From: Octopus sinensis
Lineage: Eukaryota
Assembly (NCBI RefSeq): GCF_006345805.1
Contig: NC_042999.1
Span: 56,234,001-56,298,000, forward strand
Length of the DNA: 64,000 nt
Direction: 5' to 3'
The translations under genes were made by a program, and so were the position numbers. The notes beneath the pieces are model-generated. The model had not been told where the DNA came from, searched no databases, and worked only from the letters and a program-made list of their open reading frames with translations. Within the stretch, counting starts at the first letter, position 1. The number at the start of each line of letters is the position of its first letter. Below, one piece after another: positions 37,278 to 51,183 of this stretch.

Positions 37278-40196
37278 ATTTTCGATCTAAAATATCAATA
37301 TATTAAAATATAAGTTTAAAATAATAAAATTATCAATGAAAAATATACCCTATAAACAATTGAATATAAAGAAACCTATTATTAAAGTTCTCATATTTAA
37401 AGATGTACAAAAAACAAAAAAACAAAAAACAAAAAACAAAAAACAAAAAAACAAAAAACAAAAAAAAAAAAACAAAAAACAAAAAACAAAAAACAAAAAA
37501 CAAACAACATATATATTATTATGGATGATTGGGCGTATTTAGAGGTGTGTATATTGTGTTTTGTATGTATGTGTGAATGTTTACAATCCCCTTGTATTTT
37601 ATTTGGTATGTTGAATATGGCAGTTTTATTTGGGTATTGTTTGTTGCAATATACGTTTATATAGATATTTAGGAGATGGTCCGTGAATAGGTAGGTATGG
37701 GCGTGTATGCATGTGTGCGTGTGTACAAGTGCAAGTGTAGATGCGGGAGTGTATGAGTGCTATGTAATTGAGTGGGATTATTTATGCACTTGTATACATG
37801 CATGTTTTGAATGTGCGTGTGATTGCACCCGTCTGCGTGTACACACTCATATATACATATATTAATATTTATTTACTTTTTTGAAAGAGTGTATTTTATA
37901 AATATGTGTATGGGATGATATGTGTGAATGTATATATTTATATATATTTTATATATATATATATTTATGTTTGTATATGTATTTATTTAATCATTTATTG
38001 AGAGTCGGATTGAATATATTGGTGTATATATCGAGTTTTGTACGTATGTATATGTATGTGTGAGTGTGTATATGGTTATGTTTGTGGGTGTGTGTATATA
38101 TGTGTGTGTATTTGTGTGTATTGTGGATTTGGTAAGGGGTTTTATCTTTATATTTGTATGTATGGATTTCATTTATCATGATTATTTTATTAAGAATTTT
38201 TTAGTATTTTAGTCCCCATGCATTATAGCTTGGTATGTTGTTCTTGGTAGTTTTTTTATTGGGTATTGTTTTGTAGCCATTTATACGTATATTTAGATGT
38301 CTAGGAGAGTGTCCGTGAATATGCATATTATGGGTGTGTATGCATGTGTGCGCGTGTATAAGTGCATGTGTAGATGTGGGAGTGCATGATTGCTATGTAA
38401 AAGTGTGTGCTTGTGTATGCACTTGTATACATGTATGATTGATGTGCGTGAGATTGCACCCATTTTTTTAGGGATATTTATATTTATTTATTTGTAAGGG
38501 TGTGGGAGTGAATATTTTGATGTATATATCGAGGTTTGTACGTATGTATATGTATGTGTGAGAGGAGTGGGTATATGTATATGTAGTGGGTGTGTGTTTT
38601 ACGTGTGTGTATTTGTGTGTGAATGTATAGATAGGGGGATTGCTATATAGGTATGTTATAGTGTTTAGTAAAGGGAGATTTTATCGTTATATGTATATAT
38701 GAGTTTTCGTTTATCATGGTAGTTTTATTAAAGAATTTGTAGTAGTTTCTGTCTGTTTAAGTGTTTAACATATTATTCCATTTATTCCATTCATAATTTT
38801 AAATAACGTTCGTTCTCCACGCGCAAAGAATTTTATAATTCCATTCTGTTCCATTCATAATTTTAAATGACGTTCGTTCACCGAGCTAAGAATTTTTATA
38901 CATATGTTCGGTTTCTATGGTAACGTAATTTTGTTTAAAGTTATAACGGCTAGAGTTTGAATTCACTTCATAAATTAAAACAGATTAGGAGGTATGTATT
39001 TTTTCTCCTTATGTTAATCTTGTTACTTATGATAATCTGGTTACTTATGGAGTATTTTATATATCGTATTATGTGTAGATATGTTGTTTTTCTTTTGAGT
39101 GTTTATGTATGTGTGAATGTGTGTGTGTGTGCGTATTTGGTTGTGTAATTTATTTATCTATATGGGTGTGGGTGTGAATATATTGTTGTATATATCGAGT
39201 TTAGTACGTATGTATATGTATATGTGAGGGGGTATATGTATATGTTATGGGTGTGTGTTTTACGTATGTGTATTTTTGTGTGTGAATGTATTGGGGATTG
39301 CTATATAGGTATTATTGTGTATGGTAAAGGGTGTTTTATCATTATATGTATATATGGGTTTCATTATCATGATTGGTTTATTAATGATTTTGGAGTAAAT
39401 TCTGTATATTTACGTTGATTAAATATTATTCCATTCTTTCCATTCATAATTTAAAAAAAAACGTTCGATCACCACGTGCAAAGAATTGTTTATTTTTACT
39501 TTGAGTGTTTATGTATGTGTGAATGTGTGTGTGTGTGTGTGATTGTTTGCGTAATTTATTTATCTGTATGGGTGTGGGTGTGAATATATTGGTGTATATA
39601 TCGAGTTCTGTATGTATGTATATGTCTGTGTGAGCGGGTATTTGTATATTGTTTATGACTGTGGGTTGTATGAGTGTGTGAGGGAGTATGAATAAGTAAT
39701 GTGTTGAAGTATTTGGCTATTTTATTAATTTATTAATTTATCGTTGCCTAGACGCTTTTATGTGTATGTATAGATATATATATATTGGTGTGTGAGTTAG
39801 TGTATGTATTTAGATATGGTTATATATACTTAGTTATATGTGTATGAGCATGTGTGTATATATAGTTTATTTTTATTTTGTTTTTGTTTTTGTTTTTTGT
39901 TTTTTGTTTTTTTTTTTTTTTTGTTTTTTGTTTTTGTTTTTTGTTTTTGTTTTTTTTTGTTTTTTGTTTTTGTTTTTTGTTTTTTGTTTTTTGTTTTTTG
40001 TACATCTTTAAATATGAGAACTTTAATAATAGGTTTCTTTATATTCAATTGTTTATAGGGTTTATTTTAGATTATATATTGATTATATATAGATTATATA
40101 TAGATTATATATAGATTATATATATTTATATTTTTCATTGATAATTTTATTATTTTAAACTTATATTTTAATATATTGATATTTTAGATCGAAAAT

Positions 40197-40236
40197 CCAC
40201 CTGACGAATGTCATTGAAGACATGAAACGATTGTAG
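40197..40236 (+). ncRNA. Minimal type I hammerhead motif, family 3 (right arm)
   Basis: CCAC CUGACGA AUGUC auugaa GACAU GAAA cg AUU GUAG; one stem I change relative to the left arm. Confidence 0.62.
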
Positions 40237-40430
40237 TGGCGGTTTATTTCTTTATATTAAAAATTTTTTATGTATTGATTAAGTCTTTCCTTGTTTGTTT
40301 TGCAAAATAGTGGTTTTGTCTCGAATTAATATTATATAATATTTTACTATAAAATTGGATTAATCCTAAATCTGATTTTTTCCCTGTAAATTTGGATTTA
40401 TTCCCTAATATTTATTATTATTATATATAT

Positions 40431-40498
<68 letters not shown>

Positions 40499-42827
40499 AT
40501 TCAAACGAATAAAAAAGAAAAAAACGAACGTGAGGATGTGCACAAAAAAACGTATTGGCTTGACGCTCGCTGAAAGGAAAGAGTTTGACGTTTCCAGCAC
40601 AGATCTTCGTCGGAAAGGAGAAAGGCAAAAGTCCAAACAAGGAAAAGAAATCGCCATCGGCACACGTGTAGTTACGTTGCTGAAGTGATCGGAAGTGACC
40701 GGAAGTGTACACACACACACACACAAATAAGAAGAAATTGATATAAAGGTTGACGGACATACAATAACGGCTGGTAGTCATGCGTAACACTTGAAACTGC
40801 TCGCCAGATTCCCTATTGTAAAAGGCCCTGAAGCTGCCCTTTAGGACATTGCAAAAATAAACTCGAACAGACTTTCGGCAAGATCGGCATCAACCAAAAA
40901 ACTTGGAAGGGACAAATAGAAGATCTCGCAAACTCTGGCATCAAACCTTTTCGACTTCTTTAGAACTCTTTCAACAAGAATGCAGAAATTAGAGGACAAA
41001 CAACAAACACAAAATCTCAGCCAAGCCCAAGTATGTCCACTTCCAGATAGCTTAGACTATTGGGTACAACTTATAAGGGTGCATGTTCTCAGTTATCAGA
41101 ATTAGTAACACTATAAACAAGACAGGAAAAGAAGAAACGAAACACTGGTAAACGAATAGAAATTTCCAGTCACAAGTTTGCAGACGACAGGGAATAATAC
41201 GTTTTAGGTTTTGTCCCAGCAAAACCTTGGTGGAAATATCATTTTACTAAACACAAATGTTAAAAACATAGGACATAGCACCGTTGTACAGATCTGGAAC
41301 CAGATACTGCCCTACAAACTCGATACATCGGGTAAAATAATATTAAAGAAATTTAGCCATAATACAATTGCATGGTCACAGGACCAACGCAAACACAATT
41401 CTCCGTAACAATAATAACAACAACAATAACAAAAATAATAATGTACTATCTTGTGTATTGTCGTTGGGCCACGTATATAAATATAACCCTAAAATACAAC
41501 AAAATATAAAGTAGACAAACATACTGTAATTGTATGGAACATGAAAAATAATGACCGTCACAAAAAGGCACAATGGTTATTAGGAAAATATAATCAGGAG
41601 TTTGTATAAACTGAGATGACAAAAGTATTGTTAAAGTAACATCTGTGATGTGTAGTTTCTTGATTAAACAAACCCTCATTGCAATGGCTCTTGTCTATTA
41701 ATAACTCTCAACCAATAAACTAAACTATTGTGTTTCTCTGTATAACCTCAGGGTAAAATTACAGTTCGACGTTGATCAGAAATGTAGGGACATAGAACAA
41801 TGACACAAACTGGGAACAATGTGCAGTTATAAAAAGAGGAGACAGGGTACAGATCTAGGAAAAAGGGACAAGGTACAACTGTATACTAGAAAATAATCCC
41901 TTCTACTTACTATACGCCCAAAGCCTTAAATTTAGGCGTGTTTGTGCCGATTCACTGAAAATAATATGGGGGTTATTACATCGAAATTTCAGGCCCTTAA
42001 ATACGAAGAGTACAGAGAAAAAAAACCCATTTAACACTAGAGAATAAGATAATTTCTGGTGCAACTTCCACCAGACACATTACCAGTGACCTTTGACTGT
42101 AGCCATCTCATAGAATTGATCCTACAAATGTTTGTCACGAAAGAAGCAGTAAATATGTTGAACCCCAGGCAAACCCTGACTTAAATAGATTAGATTGTAG
42201 CGCAGACTCTGGTGAAATTCCTCTCTCCCTTTATCATATATACATGCATTCGAACGTAGCAGGGAACAGCTAGCCTTTGGTTGCTATTTTGATCCCGTTG
42301 TGTCTGCTACTTTGATTGGTTGGTATTGGCGCAATTTGTCTCTTACTCTGTCGCGCCAACTTGCCGTGTATAACCAGTCGGAGGCCCTAAATAGGATCAT
42401 GTGGGACAACCTATTCACCACCCTGTTTGAACAGACAGTTCCTTATAAAAACTCAGCTTTTCTTCGCTCCAGAGTTTTTATACAAGAAATTAAAAGGTTA
42501 CAGAGAATGGCCACTTGCAGTTTAACTTCTGTTAAGATACATAAATAATTGGGAACATCTCAAAGTTCTACAGCTCGAACGACACGGAGCAAGATGTTAT
42601 ACAGGGATAATCCTGGGAGGTCATTTTTGCAAATTTTAGCATAAAAAATACAAAACATCAGTGCAAGAACTAATAGAGAGTTCTAGTTTCCATATATACC
42701 GTATTGTCAGTTTGAGAAGAAGGGTCAATTTATTGTACATCCTTTGTTCACGATGGAAAACACGGGACATACAATATGTTCAGCGGTTCTCAAGAGTTCA
42801 ACTGCATAGCGAAAGAAAACAGAAATA

Positions 42828-44108
42828 TTAGGTCGTCAAATATGAAATTTGTAGAAAAGAAAAAAAAAGTTTGCTAATGTTTTATAAATACAAGGAATAA
42901 TTTTATTCATCAAAGTATGCACCTATATCTTTTGCCATTTCAGCGGTAGTTTGTCCAGCCCGGAACTGTAAAATCCTGGCAATCTAGAGTCAATAAAATC
43001 TTGGAAAGCCTGTTTTACAGCATCGTCGGAGTTAAATTTTTTTCCTATAAAAAAACTACCCAAATTCTGGAAGAAGTGGTAGTCAGTAGGGGCAATATAG
43101 GGTGAGTATGGTGGATGATGGAGAACTTCCAACTCCAACTCCTGTAGTTTCGCCAATGTCATTTTTGCGATGTGTTGTCTGACGCTGTCTTGCAATAAAA
43201 TAGGAATGGATCTGTTGACTAATCTAGGCTGTTTTTCTTTTGTAAATCTCTGCATCATTTGGTCCAGCTGGCTGCAGTATATTTCGGCCGTGATTGATGA
43301 GCCAGGTTTAATGAAATCATAATGGATCATACCTGCGCCAGACCACCAAACACACACCATCAGCTTCTTTTGATGAATTTTGCTTTGTGGACTGTGTTTT
43401 GGTGGCTGGTCTTTGTCCAACCATTGTGCTGACGTTTACGGTTATTGTATTGGATTAATTTCTCATCACATGTTACAATTCGATTAAAAAATGATTCATT
43501 TTTGTGACGAGAAAGTAGCATAATGCAGGCTTCCAAACGTTGCTGTTTCTGATTTTCATTGAGATCATGTGGAACCCACTTATCCAACTTTATCACTTTA
43601 CCGATTTGAACTAGGTGGGTCAATATTGTTTGCTTGCTAACACCAAACAACAATGATAATTCACAGGTAGTTTGAGATGCATCTGACTCGACGGTGGCTT
43701 TCAGTTCGTCATTATTCACCTTTGATTCTGGTCGACTGCGTTGCTCATTTCTGTGGTCAAAGTTACCAGAACGAAATTTTGCAAACCAATTTGATACTAT
43801 CTGCTGTGTAATAAAATTAGAATGAAATACCCCTTAATATTCTGAACTGTCTTTGATGTTGTATTTCCAAGAAAGAACTCATATGTCAAAACTGTACTAA
43901 TTTCCGACTTATCCATCTCTAAACAAAAATAGCCAAAAACGATTTATATATATATTTTATAAAGCACAAAATCAGTTAGAATAAAGAAATAGATGTGTCA
44001 TCACTCTAACAAAAAATAAAGATTGTCAAAATATAATAATGGCGCAAAATGAGCAGCTATCAAAGTTTACCACAGGCCTTACTACAAATTTCATACTCGA
44101 CGACCTAA
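42828..44108 (-). mobile_element. Full-length but frameshifted mariner (second lineage)
   Basis: TIR TTAGGTCGTC..RTATGAAATTTGTAG at both ends with TA flanks (42826, 44109); split ORFs with WVPHDL, IVTCDEK, LLQDS, HPPYSPYIAPTDY. Confidence 0.92.
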
Positions 44109-44485
44109 TATGAAAGGATTCTCTACAATGGCATTCAGTGACATGTTGGATGGAATCCTAGTTTAGAATACTAATCCAAATAACAATACGAGGTTACACT
44201 CAGGTAAGACCAGGTGCTGCAAATTCAAATATTGATCAAGTCATAAAAATTCAACAATTCTTAAAAAAGACAAAAATAAAAACTGGAAGATGGTGCCTCT
44301 GCAGCCAAATATCTCAAATTTGTTAAAGACTGTTAACAAGTGTCCTGTTACTTGTCCTGTTTTCCATTTCCTTCTCTCGTTGTTTGCGTATTGAACTCAT
44401 TTGTTTTCGTATTTCATGTTGTTTACTGTTGGTGACGTCCTGTACCCACCCATTTATGCGTATGAATATGTATATGTATATATAT

Positions 44486-44543
<58 letters not shown>

Positions 44544-44549
44544 ATATAT

Positions 44550-45662
44550 TATATGCAGTAACATGAGCAGTAACATGGCAAATTACATTATCATATAGCA
44601 TGAAATGATTGTGGATTAATAATGGTTAAATACATCGTCTGTGAGTATGAAATTCCTCCTCTTACCACTGGAAATGTAAATCTTCACTATGGATTAATTC
44701 ACCTTTTTGTGAAGCTAATAAGTCTTTAAAAACCTGTGATAAGTCTGTGCATCATCCTCCTCATATCTCTGGAAATTTAAATCTACACTATGGACTGATT
44801 CATCTTCTCTTCGAAACTAATAAGTTTTTAAAAATCTGTGATAAGACTGTGCATCATCATTAAGGAACTTTGGAAAACTGTTTACAACCTATATCTGCCT
44901 CTAATGGAATTATCTCCAATATTTCATGAGTATAGCCTCACCCACTAAGATGTCTAGAGAACTCAAATGTATTTTAGCTGATGAGTACAGGACACTTTTA
45001 TCTGCTGCAATTTTTGCAACTTGTAATAAAGCCTGTCTTGTATGAAACAATTGTACTAAAAACTAATCCATTCTTGTTGCTTCTTTCTCGTATATATATA
45101 TATTATATATATATATATATTATATGCAGTAACATGAGCAGTAACATGGCAAATTACATTATCATATAGCATGAAATGATTGTGGATTAATAATGGTTAA
45201 ATACATCGTCTGTGAGTATGAAATTCCTCCTCTTACCACTGGAAATGTAAATCTTCACTATGGATTAATTCACCTTTTTTGTGAAGCTAATAAGTCTTTA
45301 AAAACCTGTGATAAGTCTGTGCATCATCCTCCTCATATCTCTGGAAATTTAAATCTACACTATGGACTGATTCATCTTCTCTTCGAAACTAATAAGTTTT
45401 TAAAAATCTGTGATAAGACTGTGCATCATCATTAAGGAACTTTGGAAAACTGTTTACAACCTATATCTGCCTCTAATGGAATTATCTCCAATATTTCATG
45501 AGTATAGCCTCACCCACTAAGATGTCTAGAGAACTCAAATGTATTTTAGCTGATGAGTACAGGACACTTTTATCTGCTGCAATTTTTGCAACTTGTAATA
45601 AAGCCTGTCTTTGTATGAAACAATTGTACTAAAAACTAATCCATTCTTGTTGCTTCTTTCTC

Positions 45663-45663
<1 letters not shown>
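44550..45663. repeat. Near-identical ~540-bp direct tandem duplication separated by (TA)n
   Basis: 44550-45090 and 45121-45663 differ mainly by homopolymer length; internal ~102-bp sub-repeat. Confidence 0.92.
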
Positions 45664-45709
<46 letters not shown>

Positions 45710-46292
45710 AAACTTACTTGGGAAATGGTTGCGTGGCGCTCGATCATATAATGATATAAATATATATGCATATATACATAGATGTATGTACATACCTACA
45801 TATATATGTGTATATATATATATGCATGCCTATATGGGTACAGGACGTCAAAAAAAAACGTGAACAAAATGAGAAACAAGAACATAAAAAACAAAAACAT
45901 AGAAAACGAACTTTTTTTTTCGAACAACGAAAGAAACAAACAGAGAAACGAGACAGGCAACATAAAGAACATTCCCTTCATCAGTTGTCGCCTGTTTTAT
46001 CTACTCCGTGTCCCGACGTTTGAAACGCGGAATAATTCTAATTGTGTTTTACTTAGCGACAAGGCCTCAAATTGTGTTGAGTGGCGGGGAATGTCGTATT
46101 TTATGAGTTTTCAGCAGACTACAACCACGATGATCACAACAACTGCAACAGCCCTAACTACAGTAATTGATCTCCTTACTATATCGATTCTTTTCTACTC
46201 TAGGCACAAGATTAGATCGACCCCAGCACGCAACTGGTACTTAATTTAATCGACTCCGAAAGGATGAAAGGCAGAGTCGACCTTGGGTTGCT

Positions 46293-46800
46293 ATGTCTAT
46301 TACCACACGGCGACCACCTTCTATCACGTCAACACTACCTCTACTACTACCACTACTGCCTCGCCGTACCCTCACAATAGCGCTATTACTCCACAACACC
46401 ACCAATACTACCACCACCACGATCAATACCACCACGTCCAACATCACCATCACCACCATCACCATCACCACCACCATCACCACCATCATCACCACCACCA
46501 GCAATACCACCATCATTACCACCACCGCCATTACCACCACCACCACCACCACCATCACCACCACCAGCAATACCACCATCATTATCACCACCACCATTAC
46601 CACCACCACCACCACCACCACCACCACGTCCAACATCACCAATACCACCATCACCATCACCACCACCAACAATACCACCACCACCACCACCACCACCACC
46701 ACCACCACCACAACCACCACCACCAATACCACCACCACCACCACTACCACCACTACTACCACGTCCACCATCACCACCACCTCAACAACAAATACACTAA
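46293..46800. repeat. (CAC/CAT/TAC)n trinucleotide array
   Basis: Source of the poly-His, poly-Thr and poly-Val pseudo-ORFs. Confidence 0.93.
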
Positions 46801-47542
46801 CCCACCCCCACTTCTTTTTTAATGAGAATTACACCAAATGTCATTAATTATGTTTTGAATCTCTTTTGTTTGTGAATCACGTGAACGGAACAGCGTGATA
46901 CCATCTTTCTTTGGCATCTGTGTGTGTCTGTATGTATATATGTATATATGTATGTATGTGTGTGTGTGTATGTATGTATGTATGTATGTATGTATGTATG
47001 TATGTATGTATGTATGTATGTATGTACGTATGTATCTGTGTACGTGTATTTGAGAGTGTGTATGTGTGTGTGTTGTGTTTGTGTATGTGTGTGTATGAGT
47101 GTTTGGGTACGTGCCTGCGTGTATGCCTGTATATATTTGTTCTCGTGTGTTTGTATAAGTGCGCACACGTATCTTTCGGGTGTCCGTCTGGGAAATAGTA
47201 ACAAAATGCGCGGGTGTAAGTACGTATGCTTATACACATATATGTGTGTGTGTATGTATGTGTGTGTGTGTGTGTGTGTGAGTGTGTGTGTGAGTAAGTG
47301 TGTGTGTGTGTTTGTTGTGTCTGTGTTTGTCCCGCCAACACTGCTTGGCAACCGATGCTTGTGTGTTTACGTCCCCGTAACTTAGCGGTTCGGCATAACA
47401 GATGGATAGAATAAGTATTAGGCTCACAGACAATAAGTCCTGGGGTCGAAAGGCAGTGCTCCAGCATGGCTGCAGTCAAATGACTGAAGCAAGTAAAAGA
47501 ATAAAAGAATATATATATATATACCTACGTACATATATATAT

Positions 47543-47626
<84 letters not shown>

Positions 47627-47992
47627 AGTATATATGTACGTAGGTATATATGTATATACATACGCACGTACAGGTGAAGGCGCGTGGCTAAGTGATTACG
47701 GCATTCGGCTCGTGCTCGTAGGGTCGCCAGTTCGATTCCCGGCGGCGCATTGTGTCCTTGAGCAAGACACTTTATCTCCCATTGCTCCAGTCCACTCAGC
47801 TGGCAATAATGAATGAACCTATATGTTAGGAGGTCAGCCTTGTTGTGTCACGCTGAATTTCCCTGAGAAGTATATGAAGGGGTACATGTGTCTGTGGAGT
47901 GCTCAGCCGCTTACACGTTAATTTCATGAACAAGCTATTCTGTTAATCAGAACAATTGGGACCCTCGTCGTCGTAAACGACGAAGGGTCAGA

Positions 47993-48345
47993 CGTACGTA
48001 CGTACGTACGTACGTACGTACGTACGTACGTACGTACGTACGTACGTACGTACGTATGTATGTATGTATGTATGTATGTATGTATGTATGTATGTATGTA
48101 TGTATGTATGTATGTATGTATGTATGTATGTATGTATGTATGTATGTATGTATGTATGTATGTATGTATGTATGTATGTATGTATGTATGTATGTATGTA
48201 TGTATGTATGTATGTATGTATGTATGTATGTATGTATGTATGTATGTTGTATGTATGTATGTATGTATGTTGTATGTAGTATGTATGTATGTATGATGTA
48301 TGTATGTATGTAGTATGTATGTATGTATGTATGTATGTATGTGTA

Positions 48346-48378
<33 letters not shown>

Positions 48379-48400
48379 ATGTATGTATGTATGTATGTAT
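47993..48400. repeat. (TACG)n grading into (TATG)n tetranucleotide array
   Basis: About 15 TACG units next to a SINE E tail, then a long TATG run. Confidence 0.93.
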
Positions 48401-48409
48401 GTGGGTATA

Positions 48410-49104
48410 TGTGGTCTGATCAATAAGTACCGGGACTGTTACCATAGAAACGAAGCTAAAGTACGCGGCGTGAAGCTGCTTGACACAGATTGACCTTGAA
48501 CACTGTTGTGCATGCGCACTAAATTTAAATCTTCTAGCTCACCTCCGCTGTTTACAGCAGTGCTTAGAAGGAAGGTGTGTAGCGCGTGATCGTCGCATTG
48601 ACGATGACAAAGACAGCTGAGCAGAGAATCCGCATCAAATTTTGCCAAAAGCTTGGTGATACCTTCTCAGAGGTCTACGCAAAGTTTTTAAAGTTTTTAA
48701 AGAGTTTTCATCGTTCTCGACACAATCAAGGAGATCTTGTGCAGCTGAAACCTGTGTGTCTTTTTGGTCAGCTGAAAGCAGTTTTGACACAAACTTGGCA
48801 AACAAGCGTCTCATACCCAACCCTTCAGTGATAATGGACTGAACTCAACCGTAACTAATCTGCACATCCTCTGACAACTTACGGATGATGATTCGACGAT
48901 TTCCCCTCACAGCTGCACACACATCTGCAATGTTTTTTCTCAGTTCTGCTGGTTGCTTGCCTCACAGAACGTTCATCAACATCGACATTTTTTTCGGCCA
49001 TTTTGGAAACATCAGAACCACTCGTACACTTGTGTGTGGCTCATACACACCTCTCCATAGACTTTCTGCAACTTTGCATAGGCGTCTGAGCAGCTATCGC
49101 CATG
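48410..49104. mobile_element. Fold-back mariner derivative (two 5' ends), truncated copy
   Basis: TA|TGTGGTCTGATCAATAAG end; reverse complement of 61205-61910 including the inversion junction. Confidence 0.85.
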
Positions 49105-49116
49105 AAAAATTTCTCT

Positions 49117-49430
49117 TATCTAATCGACCCCGAAAGGATGAAAGGCAAAGTCGAACTCGACGGAATTTGAACTCAGAACATAGCAGCAGACGAAATACCT
49201 ATTTCTTTACTACCCACAAGTGGGTAAACACAGAGAGGACAAACATAGACAGACAAACGGATTAAGTCGATTATATCGACCTCAGTGCGTAACTGGTACT
49301 TATTTAATCGACTCCGAAAGGACGAAAGGCTAAGTCGACCTCAGTGGAATTTGAACTCAGAGCGTAGCGGCAGACGAAATACCGCTAAGCATTTCGCCCG
49401 GCGTGCTTACGTTTCTGCCAGTTCGCCGCC
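49117..49430 (-). mobile_element. SINE family B partial dimer
   Basis: Two GGAATTTGAACTCAG segments in tandem. Confidence 0.82.
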
Positions 49431-50707
49431 TTGGAACAAGTAATAATCTAATGATTCAATGATGGTGATGATGCTGATGACGATGATAACGATGATGAAG
49501 ATGATTGCAGTAGGAGGGTTGTGGAACTAGCTCAAGGTTGTAAGCAGCAAGTGTTGAAAGGAAGTGGGTGAGATCAAGGAAAGAAGTAGTAGTCATCTTG
49601 GGGAAGTGTGTTTCCGAGTTGTTTAGGATGTAATGGGTGCCTGTAGAGGAAGTAATGGCTAAATGGTTAAGAAGCCCGCTTCGCAACAACGTGGCAGGCC
49701 CCGGGTTCAATCCCACTACGTCGCATCTTGGGCAAATGTCATTTACGTTGTAAATGAAATTTACTAGACAGAAATTGTATAGTGTCCAGTGGGATCGAAC
49801 ACACGTCGTTAAGACTGTGAAGCGAACTGCTTAACCACTCGACCATACTCACCGCGAAGAAAAGAAAACTAGGAAAAAAATTAATATAATTCCGTATAAA
49901 TAGAATAATATTAAATTTACAGGACTTATCGCTGTTCTTTGGGGTTTATAGAAAAAAGAAAATACTGGCATTCCGTTGGTTATGACGACGAGGGTTCCAG
50001 TTGATCCGATTAACGGAACGTCCTGCTTATGGAATTAAGGTGCAAATAGCTGATTGCGTCACAAACGAGCGTACCTTAACGTAGTTCTCGGGGAGATTCA
50101 GTGCAACACAGAACGTGATAAGGATGACCCTTTGAATTACAGGTACTGTTCATTTTTGCCAGCTGAGTGTATTAGAGCAACGTGAAATAGAGTGTCTTGC
50201 TCAAGGATAGAATGCGCGGCCATGAATCGAACTCATAACCTTACGATCGTCAGCCGAATACTCCTAATCGCTAAGGCAGGCGCTCACAGCAAAAATATGG
50301 TACATGGCACAGGTGGTACTCATTTGCCAGTGACAGCTACACACGTTGGGGGAGAATAGAGCTTCGCTCACGTGGTTCTATACTAAATAGTAATTTAACC
50401 TTTCATTATCTGACAGTTTTTGTGTCTGTCAGACGCGTGATTAGCCAAATGGTTTCTCTTCGCTGCAAAAAGGGCATCCGGCAAAGAGAGAAAATTAATT
50501 ATGGATAGAAATGCTCGTTTCTCGCCTTAATTTAATATTCAAAAGGCTTATTAACTCATTAACAACAGTTCTATAATTAAAATAACGTGACAAGAGACTT
50601 TTTTATGTGTTCGTTGTATGTGATGCATTTCCGCTTTACGCCGTCTGCACGACTGCGCACTGAGGTTCTTTTCTATTTGTTTCTACACACACACGCACGC
50701 ACACACA

Positions 50708-50762
<55 letters not shown>

Positions 50763-50914
50763 ACACACACAAATATATGTATACATGCATGCATGTATGT
50801 ATGTATGTAATACACTAGCGTATCTATTCTTAATACGTTCTTACAGATTCGAACGCGAATATCCTAATCACTGTTTTTTGTTTTATTGTCAAGAAAGAAC
50901 ATCTCCCTTTACAC

Positions 50915-51183
50915 CAGTGGTTCCCAAACTTTTTCGGGCTGCCGCCCTCTTGACACCCAGACCGCATTCCTAGCGCCCCCATCACAAACATAGACCTTTT
51001 TCTGAAGCAAATTCAAACCAACTGTATTTCACAAATAAAACTTAACCTAATGAACCCATTATTTTGTTGTTTTCACATGAATTCCACTCCCCCCCCCATT
51101 ATAACCCCAATTTTCCTCAACACCGTCTTGGAACTATCCACCGCCCCCAACAGGAGCAATACCGCCCACTTTGAGAACCACTA
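50915..51183. mobile_element. hAT-like MITE
   Basis: TIR CAGTGGTTCCCAAA / TTTGAGAACCACTA; 8-bp flanks CTTTACAC and CTCTAGAC (6/8 match). Confidence 0.72.

Larger units (their letters stand above)
37141..40334. mobile_element. 3.2-kb element with long inverted arms each carrying a hammerhead (Penelope-like, non-autonomous)
   Basis: 37141-37500 is the reverse complement of about 39860-40334 (right arm has a ~60-bp insertion); G/T-rich repetitive interior with no recognisable ORF. Confidence 0.75.

Noticed and set aside
40750-41410. Possible LINE RT relic (SHKFADD-like motif)
   Set aside because: Single weak motif in broken frames; not enough to assign
45193-45435. 34-aa periodic peptide suggesting TPR, ankyrin or zinc-finger repeats
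   Set aside because: No family consensus residues; the frame is broken in the sister copy and followed by stops
45960-46000. CUGAUGAAGGG on the minus strand (also near 55735-55750)
   Set aside because: No GAAA follows a closing stem II, so no hammerhead can be drawn; the repeat itself may be PLE-related
46241-46847. Long His-, Thr- or Val-rich ORFs (179-184 aa)
   Set aside because: All frames are open because of the (CAC)n microsatellite; no splice or homology support
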